64,000 bases of DNA from Candidatus Saccharimonadales bacterium (GCA_041737385.1 JBGSRU010000009.1:7015-71014), one strand, 5' to 3'. Shown: positions 35,567 to 44,914, counted from the first letter of the stretch. Translations and numbers: made by a program. Notes: generated by a model not told the origin, from the letters alone.

Positions 35567-35620
35567 ACCCCGACCTGTGGGATAGAAGCCCATTGCTCTA
35601 ATCCGCTGAGCTACCGGGGC
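35567..35620 (-). pseudogene. Truncated second copy of tRNA-Arg(UCU), positions 1-54 only
   Basis: It is 100 percent identical to 35383-35436, and the identity continues through the 10-nt upstream flank. It ends at the T-loop where module C2 begins, with no matching 3' acceptor strand downstream. Confidence 0.75.
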
Positions 35621-35645
35621 GAGTACCAAATCGCTTAAAATCAAT

Positions 35646-35720
35646 TGGTGCGGGTGGCGAGAGTCTAACTCGCGTCGCCTGCTTGGAAGGCAGGAATAAT
35701 GAACGTTATACCACACCCGC
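35646..35720 (-). tRNA. tRNA-Gly (anticodon UCC) with atypical D and T loops
   Basis: GCGGGTG-TG-GTAT-AACGTTCA-TTAT-T-CCTGC-CTTCCAA-GCAGG-CGAC-GCGAG-TTAGACT-CTCGC-CACCCGC-A-CCA. The D loop has no GG, and T-loop position 56 is A rather than C. Confidence 0.7.
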
Positions 35721-35768
35721 ATGAGCATGATTTTCAGAGGTGATTATACGCTAAACCGTAGCACATTG

Positions 35769-37292
35769 CTAGAGGTCGTGGACAACTTCTATCTGTGCAC
35801 CGAGACTATTAAGACGCTCTGCAAGATCTTCGTAGCCTCTATTTATCGTATAAACATTGCGCAACATTGATTTGCCTGGAGCAGCGAGCATCCCAATGAG
35901 CAATAAGCTTGCTGGCCGCAACGCAGGCGGGCAGGCCAAGTCAGCTCGCGTGAATTTAGTGATTCCTGTAATATAGACGCGGTGCGGATCAGCTAATTCT
36001 ACGTTTGCACCAATTTTAGTCATCTCTGTGTAGTAGATTGCTCTGTTCTCATAGGTCCAATCGTGAATTAGAGTGCGACCTTTAGCCACGGCGCAAATTG
36101 GGACGAAATACGGAAGATTATCTTGATTTAGCCCTGGATAAATATTGGCATGAATCTTATCTTCGAGCGAGATAAGCGAGCCATTATGTTTATGAACGGT
36201 TATATCAACGAGATCAGTAAATCCATTTTTTGCTTTATAGCGCCCACTTTGATCATAGATGAGTCCCATTTTTTTCAGTTTGAGCATTTCTAGAGTCATA
36301 AAATCAATCGGCACACGCTTAATTGTTATTTGTGAGTTGGTTGTTACTGCTGTACTTACAAAAAACATTGCTTCAATTGGATCTTCTGCTGGCGCATAGA
36401 CGACGTTTTGTTTGATCTCTTTTGCTGATCCGGTAATCGTGAGTGTCATAGAGCCGATGCCGTCAATTTTCACCCCAAGCTTTTCCAGATATCCGCAGAC
36501 ATCCTGCACCATGTAATTCGCACTTGCCATTTGAATTATAGTTTTCCCAGGGGCTTTTGCTGCAGCCATAACGACATTTTCAGTCACAGTATCTCCTGAT
36601 TCATACAAGGTTATGTGCTCAGGTTGCATAGGCTTACAGTTGATTTGGTAGAATCTATTTTTTGCTTCAATTGATACGCCAAACTCTTCTAGCCCGTATA
36701 AATGAGGCTTTACCGTGCGCTCGCCGAGTTTACAGCCCCCGGCATATGGTATTTTGAATTCTTTTAGCTCATGCATCAGGGGACCTATCATCATCAGTAC
36801 GGAACGGGTTTTTCGAGCTGCTTTAGCATCCAGATTTTCCATTTTCAGATGAGCTGGTCGCTTTATCTCGAGGTCGTTACCTTCGAGCCAACGTACTTTA
36901 ACTCCTATACTCTCAAGCACTTCAATAATTCGGAATACTTCTTCAATGCGCGGAAATGATTTAAATGTTGTCGTACCTTTGTTTAGCAGACTAGCGCATA
37001 GCAGCCCTACAGCCGCGTTTTTACTGGTTTTAAGAGTGATTGTGCCAGCGAGCTCATGCCCGCCATCAATTGAGAGGTTTACTCCTTGATTACCAACAGA
37101 TATTAACGGCTTCTCTAGTACTTCACTGATACGGCTCAACATATCTAGGCTGAGGTTCTGGTTGCCTTTTTCAATACGATTGATAGCAGATTGTGACGTA
37201 CCGAGCTTACTGGCAAACTCGGACTGAGTAAGCCCTCGTATCTGTCGCAACTCAGATATAAGAGAACCGATGCGTTCGTTTGTTTCTTTCAT
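35769..37292 (-). CDS. murA: UDP-N-acetylglucosamine 1-carboxyvinyltransferase MurA fused to an N-terminal XRE-type HTH domain
   Basis: Residues ~10-65 form an HTH (LRQIRGLTQSEFASKLGTSQSAINRIEKGNQNLSLDML). The rest is full-length MurA, including YAGGCKLGERTVKPH with the active-site Cys. Confidence 0.85.
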   Translation of the reverse strand: MKETNERIGSLISELRQIRGLTQSEFASKLGTSQSAINRIEKGNQNLSLDMLSRISEVLEKPLISVGNQGVNLSIDGGHELAGTITLKTSKNAAVGLLCASLLNKGTTTFKSFPRIEEVFRIIEVLESIGVKVRWLEGNDLEIKRPAHLKMENLDAKAARKTRSVLMMIGPLMHELKEFKIPYAGGCKLGERTVKPHLYGLEEFGVSIEAKNRFYQINCKPMQPEHITLYESGDTVTENVVMAAAKAPGKTIIQMASANYMVQDVCGYLEKLGVKIDGIGSMTLTITGSAKEIKQNVVYAPAEDPIEAMFFVSTAVTTNSQITIKRVPIDFMTLEMLKLKKMGLIYDQSGRYKAKNGFTDLVDITVHKHNGSLISLEDKIHANIYPGLNQDNLPYFVPICAVAKGRTLIHDWTYENRAIYYTEMTKIGANVELADPHRVYITGITKFTRADLACPPALRPASLLLIGMLAAPGKSMLRNVYTINRGYEDLAERLNSLGAQIEVVHDL

Positions 37293-37467
37293 GTGTTTCA
37301 GATTATATCACACACGATATATTGTGTATTTGTTCTGGTGTCTACCGCTACGGATGGGGTACAATTATCACTATGATATAGCTTGTGCGAAAATAACTAC
37401 TAACACGTACACCAGCGCTGCTGGTAGTAATAGATTTCGTAAAAAAAGTAAAAAGAGGGGTTCAACA

Positions 37468-38745
37468 ATGAAAGATTTTCCGTTCATTAAAGATGAAGAG
37501 ATTCGAGAACTAGCGAGAAAAGAAGCAGCGCGTCAAGCAGATGGTTTAGAAATGATTCCTTCAGAAAATCATACTTCGCAAGCTGTTTTAGATGTGCTAG
37601 GCTCACGACTAACTGACAAGTATTCTGAGGGCTATCCAGGAGCACGCTATTATGGCGGTTGTGAGTTTGTCGATCAGGTAGAAAATATCGCTATTGCCAG
37701 AGCAAAAGAACTATTTGGTGTGACGCATGCAAATGTACAGGCATATTCTGGCTCGCCAGCTAATCAAGCAGTGTATTTTGCGTTGCTAGAGCCAGGAGAC
37801 ACCGTGTTAGGGCTACATTTATTCTACGGTGGCCATATGACACACGGACTAAAGGTCAATTTTTCAGGTACACTCTATAACTCAGTGCAGTATATGACTG
37901 ATAAAAGTGGCTTTATAGACTACGATGAAGTTGCTAAAATGGCGCTTGAACATAAACCAAAACTTATAGTCGGTGGTTATACAGCCTATCCTCGAACAGT
38001 AAACTGGAAGAAGCTAAGAGAAATTGCTGATTCAGTTGACGCCTTCCTACTTGCTGATATTTCGCACATTAGTGGACTTGTTGTGAGTGGTGATCACCCA
38101 AGCCCTGTCGGTATCGCCGACGTCATCATGACGACTACCCATAAAAGCCTTCGAGGGCCACGAGGAGCCTTGATTCTATGTAACGGAAACCCATCAACGC
38201 CGCTGAAGAAATTAGAGAAAACGAAAGAAAATATTCCTTCACTGATAGATAGAGCTATTATACCCGGGTTGCAGGGAGGTCCTCACAATCACCAAACAGC
38301 TGCAATTGCAGTTGCGTTGAAGCAAGCATTGCAACCTGAATTCAAAGAATACGGTCACCAAGTAGCTAAAAACGCCAAAGTATTGTCGCTTGAGCTCATT
38401 GATAGAGGCTTTGAACTAGTGACAGGAGGCACGGACACGCATCTCATGGTTATCGACATGAACAATAAGGGCTTGAGTGGAAAAGAAGCTGAAAAAGCTC
38501 TCGGTCTCGCCGGTATTACTGTTAACAAAAACACTGTTCCGTTCGATCCGCGTAGCCCGTTTGATCCAAGTGGTATTCGTCTCGGCACTCCTGCTTTGAC
38601 AACTCGCGGAATGAAAGAAGCTGAGATGAAGCAAGTTGCTGCATGGATTGACGAAGCAGTGCAACATGCGACAGACGAAAAATATCTCAAGAACATGCAT
38701 GAAGAAATCACAAAATTCACGAAAGATTTCCCACTCCCTAACTAG
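37468..38745 (+). CDS. glyA: Serine hydroxymethyltransferase
   Basis: SGSPANQAVY and TTTHKSLRGPRG (PLP Lys). ATG 37468 with an AGAGGGG RBS is preferred over the track start at 37270. Confidence 0.93.
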   Translation: MKDFPFIKDEEIRELARKEAARQADGLEMIPSENHTSQAVLDVLGSRLTDKYSEGYPGARYYGGCEFVDQVENIAIARAKELFGVTHANVQAYSGSPANQAVYFALLEPGDTVLGLHLFYGGHMTHGLKVNFSGTLYNSVQYMTDKSGFIDYDEVAKMALEHKPKLIVGGYTAYPRTVNWKKLREIADSVDAFLLADISHISGLVVSGDHPSPVGIADVIMTTTHKSLRGPRGALILCNGNPSTPLKKLEKTKENIPSLIDRAIIPGLQGGPHNHQTAAIAVALKQALQPEFKEYGHQVAKNAKVLSLELIDRGFELVTGGTDTHLMVIDMNNKGLSGKEAEKALGLAGITVNKNTVPFDPRSPFDPSGIRLGTPALTTRGMKEAEMKQVAAWIDEAVQHATDEKYLKNMHEEITKFTKDFPLPN

Positions 38746-38752
38746 TAGTATT

Positions 38753-39403
38753 TTAAAAACTAGTTAATGAGTCAATCGGATCACCTAAAATAGTTTTTTC
38801 ACCAATGATGTATTTATTGAAAATAGCTTTGTTGCTTGCAAGGACTTCTCGCCATCGTTGACCAATTTGTAGCCCAGAAGCGGACTTTCCATCGCTTGCA
38901 ACTCCAAGAGCCTCAACACCAAAGCTCTCGCATAAATAAATCGCACGTGGCAAATGTGCACGCTCAGTAATTAATACCCCACGCTTTACTCCGAAAATTT
39001 TCTGAGCACGCTCGCAGGTTTCGTAGGTACTTCTACCGGCAAAGTCTCGTTGTAGTTCAGTACTATCAACTCCATTCTTGATGAGATACCAAAACATGAT
39101 GTTGGGTTCGTTATAGTCTAGTGTTCGATTGTCGCCGGATAGTAACACCTTGTCAATCACTCCACTATCCAAGAGTCGCTTCGCAGTGTCTAGTCGATCT
39201 TTCAGAAGGGGTAATGGCTCGGTATCCGTCACGCCACCACCGAACACAATGCCGATTTGTCCATTTGAAATATCTTCAGGCTGGACAGTCTGGGATGAGT
39301 AGCGCTGCACGATTACATAATTCGCAAGCATGACACTAAGAACAAAAAAACCAGCACCGCTTAAGCTTATAGTCATATTTCTTTTCGACAGGAAACGATT
39401 CAT
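38753..39403 (-). CDS. SanA/YdcF (DUF218) family protein
   Basis: N-terminal TM helix, then IVFGGGV...LLSGDN...ERAHLPRA. Confidence 0.7.
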   Translation of the reverse strand: MNRFLSKRNMTISLSGAGFFVLSVMLANYVIVQRYSSQTVQPEDISNGQIGIVFGGGVTDTEPLPLLKDRLDTAKRLLDSGVIDKVLLSGDNRTLDYNEPNIMFWYLIKNGVDSTELQRDFAGRSTYETCERAQKIFGVKRGVLITERAHLPRAIYLCESFGVEALGVASDGKSASGLQIGQRWREVLASNKAIFNKYIIGEKTILGDPIDSLTSF

Positions 39404-39408
39404 AACAC

Positions 39409-40422
39409 CTAGTCTACCAGTTCTGGCTCCTGTATAAGCGTTATGTCGAACATCCCCTCAACTGCTTGTACGATTTTTGTTTTAAATCGCTGTAAATCAG
39501 CAGTAGATTTTGCATGTTCATTAATAAGCACTAGTGGTTGTGTTGCCCATGTTGCCATACCAGTTTCGGCGTCGTGAAAATCTTTAAACCCAGCTTGTTC
39601 AATAAGCCACGCCGCTGAAAGTTTAACGCTCTCACCGTGCTTCCAAGACACAATTTGAGGATATTTTTCAACAAGTTTTTTGAACTCGTCGGTGTCAATA
39701 ATTGGATTGGCAAAAAACGAACCGTTGTTGGAAATAACATCTGGATCGGGTAATTTTGCTGTTCGTACAGCAATGACTGCATCTCGAATATTCTGCGGTG
39801 TATAGTTACTGATATCGTGCTCATCCAAGTAGCGTTGTAAGCTGTCATAGAACGGAGGCTTTGGATGCTCAGTAGTGAGCTGAAGTGTGATAGAAATTAT
39901 GATAAAGCGTCCTTCGTCATCTCCATTAAACCTGCTCGATCTATACCCAAAATCACAATCTGAACTTGATAGCGTATCAAAACACTCAAGTTGACTGTCA
40001 TAGACACGCAAACTTATGAGTACGTCGCTGATTTCTCGACCGTATGCCCCAACATTTTGTACGGGAGTTGCACCAGTTGTTCCGGGGATAAGGCTTAATT
40101 GTTCTATTCCTGAGAGTCCTGAGTCGACAGTTTTCATTACTGCTTCGTCCCAAGACATCCCAGCGCCAATTGTGACAACTGACTCTTTATTGCTATAGCC
40201 ACTGATTTTATTAACGATAATTAAGCCAGAGTAGCCATGGTCAGGCCAGATAAGATTACTGCCCGAGCCGATAACTTTGTACTTCAGCGAGGCATTTTTT
40301 GCGTAATCTAAAGCTTCAATTAGTCCTTCTTCATTGTAGATTTCACACAAAAACCGAGCGCTCCCACCGAGGCGCATTGTTGAGTATTCTTTTAACGATA
40401 TGTTGTCTTTAATTTCAAGCAT
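39409..40422 (-). CDS. murB: UDP-N-acetylenolpyruvoylglucosamine reductase MurB
   Basis: FAD-binding domain (GGSARF, IGSGSNL) and the MurB C-terminal domain. Confidence 0.85.
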   Translation of the reverse strand: MLEIKDNISLKEYSTMRLGGSARFLCEIYNEEGLIEALDYAKNASLKYKVIGSGSNLIWPDHGYSGLIIVNKISGYSNKESVVTIGAGMSWDEAVMKTVDSGLSGIEQLSLIPGTTGATPVQNVGAYGREISDVLISLRVYDSQLECFDTLSSSDCDFGYRSSRFNGDDEGRFIIISITLQLTTEHPKPPFYDSLQRYLDEHDISNYTPQNIRDAVIAVRTAKLPDPDVISNNGSFFANPIIDTDEFKKLVEKYPQIVSWKHGESVKLSAAWLIEQAGFKDFHDAETGMATWATQPLVLINEHAKSTADLQRFKTKIVQAVEGMFDITLIQEPELVD

Positions 40423-40487
40423 AATCTCTACTAGTATACCTCGGTTGCGACTATAGGGGTAAGTTTCGTATAATAGACCTACAACTT

Positions 40488-41057
40488 ATGAAAAAAGTCG
40501 AACAACAACCATTTTCAAATTTTGGCGCCAAGCTCAAATGTTTGCGTGAGCAGGAAAGTAAATCTTGGGTAGAAGTCTCTGGTGCTGTTGAAATTGATGA
40601 GCAAAAACTCAAAGATTATGAACTAGGCAAAATACGACCACCAGAAGATGTATTGCTTTTGTTGATCCAGCATTTTGATCTTAACGATGCGCAAGCCAAA
40701 GAGCTGTGGCGACTTGCTGGCTACGGTGATCTAGAAGAATCAACTTCACACTTCGGGGATGACTTGAGTAGTAATCAGAGCACTAAAACTATTATGGTGT
40801 CGTCTCATGATGCGAGAATTGTCTATACTGATCTCGTGCAAGTTATAGTAAACAACTACGGGGTAATCGTGAATTTTATGCAAGGAGCTGGTGTTAATAA
40901 CCAGCCACTGGCGGTGTCTAGAGTTGGCATGAGCATAGAACACGCTCGTAGTGTGATTGATGTTCTCACAAAAACACTCGAACAAGCAAACGATGTGCAG
41001 ACAAAAAGTGAACCAAAACAACTACCGGCTACAAGCAGCAAAGAACAACAAGGCTAA
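40488..41057 (+). CDS. HTH (XRE-like) protein with DUF3467-like C-terminal domain
   Basis: N-terminal FGAKLKCLREQ...HTH. The C-terminal part, ARIVYTDLVQVIVNNYGVIVNFMQ...SRVGMSIEHARSVIDVL, is DUF3467-like. Confidence 0.5.
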   Translation: MKKVEQQPFSNFGAKLKCLREQESKSWVEVSGAVEIDEQKLKDYELGKIRPPEDVLLLLIQHFDLNDAQAKELWRLAGYGDLEESTSHFGDDLSSNQSTKTIMVSSHDARIVYTDLVQVIVNNYGVIVNFMQGAGVNNQPLAVSRVGMSIEHARSVIDVLTKTLEQANDVQTKSEPKQLPATSSKEQQG

Positions 41058-41063
41058 CAAAGA

Positions 41064-42527
41064 ATGACCGACAATTTTGATGTTGCGCCGTATCTTGCAA
41101 CTCTTCTCGTGGCGGAATGGTTTTTGCGGTTATTGATGCTATTCATCGTCCCGCGTGACCGGAAGCCCTCAAGCGCAAACGCTTGGCTACTACTTATCAT
41201 GGTGATACCCACGGCAGGGACATTACTTTTTTATATGTTTGGCAACCCAAAGCTCCCGAAATCGCGTCGTGCGAGGCGATTCGCGGTTGATAAAATGTCC
41301 CAAAAAGAAATCACAGAGTTACGTTCTTCGCACAAAGATTTATTTGCTTTTTTTGATAACGAAGATCACAAGACACTTGCACGCCTAGCAACGAGCTTAG
41401 GTGGTATGCCGCCCATGACTGGAAACGATGTAACGCTAATTTCAGATTACGATGAGACCTTTAAGGTACTCGCTGATGAAATCAACAAAGCACGAAGCTA
41501 TATCCATATTGAGTTATTTATTGCAACATATGATAATGCGACAAAAGAAGTATTTGTCGCACTCGAAGCAGCAGTAAATAGAGGCGTAAAAGTACGGTTT
41601 TTGTATGACCGTGTCGTATCGATTAGATACAAAGGGCAGCGAAAAATGCGCAGTGAGCTAAAAAGAATTGGAGTAGATCTTCATGAGATGCTGCCGCTGA
41701 ATCTAGTACCTGGTAAACACTTCACAAGACCAGATCTTAGAAATCATCGCAAAATTGTGGTTATAGACGGGCAAACAGCTTTCAGTGGCTCGCAAAATTT
41801 AATCGATAAATCGTACAATCGTAAAGATGGCTTGTTGTATGAAGAAATTTTTATGAAATTACGCGGTCCGATTGTTTGGCAATTTAACAACATATTCCGG
41901 GCTGACTGGTACGCTGAAACAGAAGAACCATTATTGGAGCTTGTTGAAGATGCCGATATGCCAGCACCAGAAGGATCTGTAGTTGCACAGGTTTTACCTA
42001 GCGGCCCAACACACGAGCATGATAATAATCTCAAATTCTATACCAGTATGGTGCATTCTGCTAAAAAGAAAGTTGGCATTGTCGTCCCTTATTTCATTCC
42101 AGATGAATCATTTCTAGATGCTTTAACTGCAGCGGCTCAACGAGGTGTTGAAGTTACTATGATTAATTCAGAATCGATCGATAAACTTCTCGCAGGTCAT
42201 GCACAGAGATCTTATTATGATGAACTTCTCTCAGTAGGTGTGCATATTTACCTCTACAATAAACCGGTTTTTTTACATGCAAAACAAGTGCTCATTGACG
42301 GGCAAGTTGCTATTGTTGGTTCTAGCAACTTAGACATTAGATCATTTGAACTAGATCTAGAAATAACAACAGTTATATATGACAAAGGTATTACAGAGAA
42401 GCTTGAAAAAATCGAAAATAGCTACCTCAAAAAATCTAGAAAACTTACATTAAGAAAATGGCGCCAGCGATCTCTAAAACACAAGATGTTAGACAGTATT
42501 GCACGCTTAACAGCTGCGCTACTATGA
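41064..42527 (+). CDS. cls: Cardiolipin synthase (PLD superfamily)
   Basis: Two N-terminal TM helices and two HKD motifs (HRKIVVIDG, LHAKQVLIDG). Confidence 0.9.
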   Translation: MTDNFDVAPYLATLLVAEWFLRLLMLFIVPRDRKPSSANAWLLLIMVIPTAGTLLFYMFGNPKLPKSRRARRFAVDKMSQKEITELRSSHKDLFAFFDNEDHKTLARLATSLGGMPPMTGNDVTLISDYDETFKVLADEINKARSYIHIELFIATYDNATKEVFVALEAAVNRGVKVRFLYDRVVSIRYKGQRKMRSELKRIGVDLHEMLPLNLVPGKHFTRPDLRNHRKIVVIDGQTAFSGSQNLIDKSYNRKDGLLYEEIFMKLRGPIVWQFNNIFRADWYAETEEPLLELVEDADMPAPEGSVVAQVLPSGPTHEHDNNLKFYTSMVHSAKKKVGIVVPYFIPDESFLDALTAAAQRGVEVTMINSESIDKLLAGHAQRSYYDELLSVGVHIYLYNKPVFLHAKQVLIDGQVAIVGSSNLDIRSFELDLEITTVIYDKGITEKLEKIENSYLKKSRKLTLRKWRQRSLKHKMLDSIARLTAALL

Positions 42528-43765
42528 TTACTTCAATTCAGCAGGCTGAAGATTATTTTGCTCACTTCATAGCTAAAACGGCACAAATAACAGGCAAAGA
42601 TATTACGGTTGATCGGATGTGGCCGCTTCTTATACGCGTCGGAAATCCTCAAGAAAAATTACGCGTTATACATATAGCTGGTACAAGCGGTAAAACTTCT
42701 ACGGCTTATTTTATAGCATCGTTATTACATCAAAGCGGAGCTCATGTCGGGCTTACTGTTTCGCCGCACGTTAGCAGCATCACTGAGCGACTACAGCTAG
42801 ATGGTCACCCTATAAGCGAACTAGAATTCTGCGGCTTGCTTTCGAGGTTTATAGACGAAATCGGTGATGATCCTGATGCCAGCTATTTTGAGTTGTTGAT
42901 TGTTTTCATATTTTGGGCATTTGTAGAAAGCAATGTCGATTATGCAGTTGTTGAAACAGGGTTAGGCGGTCTTCACGACAGCACTAACGTTTGTCGAAGA
43001 AAAGATAAAATTTGTGTTATTACAGATATTGGCATGGACCACCAACATGTACTCGGTAATACAATTGCAGCTATCGCTGAACAAAAAGCAGGTATTATAC
43101 ACGAAGATAATATTGTATTTAGCTACCTCCAAAACGGCGAGATTATGGAACAGATAAATGATCAAGTTATAAAAACGAATACAAAACTGCACACTGTTAC
43201 CTCAGGGCTAATTGCGACAAAATCGCAATTAGCAATCTTTCAACAAAAGAACTGGCACTTAGCCAAAACTGTCTACGAATATATTGCCCAAAGAGATGGT
43301 TTGTCGTATCTGACTAGTGCACAACTACAAGCTTCACAAGTTCAGGTTCCAGGAAGAATACAAGAAATTACGGCTAATAATAAAACTTATGTGCTTGACG
43401 GCGCCCATAACGAGCAGAAAGTTGCTGCATTTTTAAATAGTTTCATTGCTAAATACTCTGACAAGAGAGTACCGATACTCCTTGGGATGAAAGAAGGTAA
43501 AGAATATATAAAAGTAATTGAGCTGCTGCAGCCTATAGCTTCAGAAATCATATGTGTTGGTTTTAGTACAAGGCAAGATACACCTATCCACTCTATAGAC
43601 CCACAAATGCTCGCAGAAGAGTGCAGACGCGCAGGAATTACAAGAGTCACCATTGCAGATTCTCTAGAAGACGGATTAAGGATACTTACTGACACAAAAA
43701 ACGGAACGTGTATTATAACTGGATCATTTTATTTGCTTGGTTCAACCATAGAGCTATTGAAGTAA
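42524..43765 (+). CDS. folC: Mur ligase family protein, folylpolyglutamate synthase/dihydrofolate synthase-like
   Basis: P-loop IAGTSGKTST. ATG 42524 overlaps the cls stop (ATGA) and is preferred over 42458. Confidence 0.7.
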   Translation: MITSIQQAEDYFAHFIAKTAQITGKDITVDRMWPLLIRVGNPQEKLRVIHIAGTSGKTSTAYFIASLLHQSGAHVGLTVSPHVSSITERLQLDGHPISELEFCGLLSRFIDEIGDDPDASYFELLIVFIFWAFVESNVDYAVVETGLGGLHDSTNVCRRKDKICVITDIGMDHQHVLGNTIAAIAEQKAGIIHEDNIVFSYLQNGEIMEQINDQVIKTNTKLHTVTSGLIATKSQLAIFQQKNWHLAKTVYEYIAQRDGLSYLTSAQLQASQVQVPGRIQEITANNKTYVLDGAHNEQKVAAFLNSFIAKYSDKRVPILLGMKEGKEYIKVIELLQPIASEIICVGFSTRQDTPIHSIDPQMLAEECRRAGITRVTIADSLEDGLRILTDTKNGTCIITGSFYLLGSTIELLK

Positions 43766-43837
43766 TACGCTATCTTGTTGTATAAAATATAAAAACCAGT
43801 TATGCTTTAACTAGCTTAATAAATTTAAAAAATCAAA

Positions 43838-44914
43838 ATGAAAAAATTTCATGTAAGTAGTGGAGTAGAGCAACGCTTTTGGCGAACGTCCAGGATTGTG
43901 GTGGGCATTTTTGTTATGTTCCAGCTTGTGGTTTTGCAACATGTCTATTTATTAAACCAGCATGTATCAGCAGTAGCTGTTGATACATTATATATCGAGA
44001 AGTTACTTTCAAAAAGAGATGTCGAGTTACAGCTTAAAACGAGTCTTGTGTTCATGGGCGATATTATGTTGGCGCGTAGTATAGGTATCGGTATTGAGAG
44101 CGGAGAGAATCCGTTCATCCACGTTAAAGAAATACTAAAAAGCCATGATGTTCGTATCGGTAATATCGAAACAACAATTGCTGATCCGGCTTTCCAAACT
44201 CAAGCAACTAAAGCATATACATTTAATGCACCACTGAGCTCACTGCAAACGCTTAAAGATATAGGGATGGACGTTTCTAGTTTAGCCAACAATCATACAG
44301 GTGATTATGGCAGGTCAGCTACTAGCGACACACTGCAACAGTTCAAAAAAGCCGGTTTATTGAGCGTTGGCGCTGGTAATACTGTTGAAGAGGCTTTTTC
44401 TCCTCTGTATGTCGACTCTAACGGTATCCGCATCGGATTTATTGCTGTTAACGATATAGAACTAGCATATACAAAAGTCGGTCGTGACACTCCAGGATCA
44501 GCATACCTAGATGAGACGCTGATTGCGCAATCTATAAGATTAGCTCGTGATGGTGGTGCGGACGTTGTAGTTGTGTTGCCGCACTGGGGGACAGAATATA
44601 GCACTACTCAAAACAGCAGACAAACACAGTGGGCACATTTTATGATTGATGCCGGAGCTGATGTAGTGGTTGGCGGACATCCTCACGTCGTCCAGCCAAC
44701 TGAAATATATAAAGGCAAGCAGATAGTATATTCACTAGGTAACTTTATCTTTGACGGGATGAGCGGAGAAGCACTAAACGGTCAAATGATAAGTATTGCT
44801 GTTTCGGTTTCTAAAACTGTAACGGCAGGAAAGACTGTTAGTTCAGTGGTGAGTATCGATGATGCGGTAAAAATTCCTGTAAGGATTGATGCCAGTGGAT
44901 ACCCTAGACCATAG
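43838..44914 (+). CDS. CapA/PGA_cap family metallophosphatase-like protein
   Basis: FMGDIMLAR, NNHTGDYG and VLPHWGTEY motifs, with an N-terminal TM anchor. Confidence 0.75.
   Translation: MKKFHVSSGVEQRFWRTSRIVVGIFVMFQLVVLQHVYLLNQHVSAVAVDTLYIEKLLSKRDVELQLKTSLVFMGDIMLARSIGIGIESGENPFIHVKEILKSHDVRIGNIETTIADPAFQTQATKAYTFNAPLSSLQTLKDIGMDVSSLANNHTGDYGRSATSDTLQQFKKAGLLSVGAGNTVEEAFSPLYVDSNGIRIGFIAVNDIELAYTKVGRDTPGSAYLDETLIAQSIRLARDGGADVVVVLPHWGTEYSTTQNSRQTQWAHFMIDAGADVVVGGHPHVVQPTEIYKGKQIVYSLGNFIFDGMSGEALNGQMISIAVSVSKTVTAGKTVSSVVSIDDAVKIPVRIDASGYPRP

Noticed and set aside
35142-35568. Track ORFs 35142-35357, 35290-35514 and 35338-35568 (and likewise 46444-46704 and 46539-46724)
   Set aside because: They lie entirely within tRNA genes, tRNA fragments and the structured modules, they overlap one another on both strands, and they have no RBS or family resemblance.
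35481-35620. Interrupted tRNA-Arg copy read as an intron-containing (group I, group II or bulge-helix-bulge) or split tRNA gene
   Set aside because: The 86-nt insert is far too short for a group I or II intron, and its ends are not conserved like splice sites. After the insert there is only a T-loop remnant (TCGATTC). No T-stem 3' strand or acceptor 3' strand able to pair with GCCCCGG follows. The other copies (A, B, C1, D) likewise lack one half of the tRNA.
37270-37467. 66-codon N-terminal extension of glyA (track start 37270), and similar extensions at 42458, 58941, 60915 and 28702
   Set aside because: The extensions overlap neighbouring genes or divergent promoters, lack an RBS and are not part of the conserved protein. 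Internal ATGs with good RBSs (37468, 42524, 59013, 60969, 28612) match the canonical N-termini.
37293-37467. Possible ZTP/THF-type riboswitch or T-box upstream of glyA
   Set aside because: I could not find the conserved cores (for example the GGGTCGTGAC...CCGCCTGGGC of the ZTP motif, or T-box specifier/antiterminator elements). Only short inverted repeats are present.
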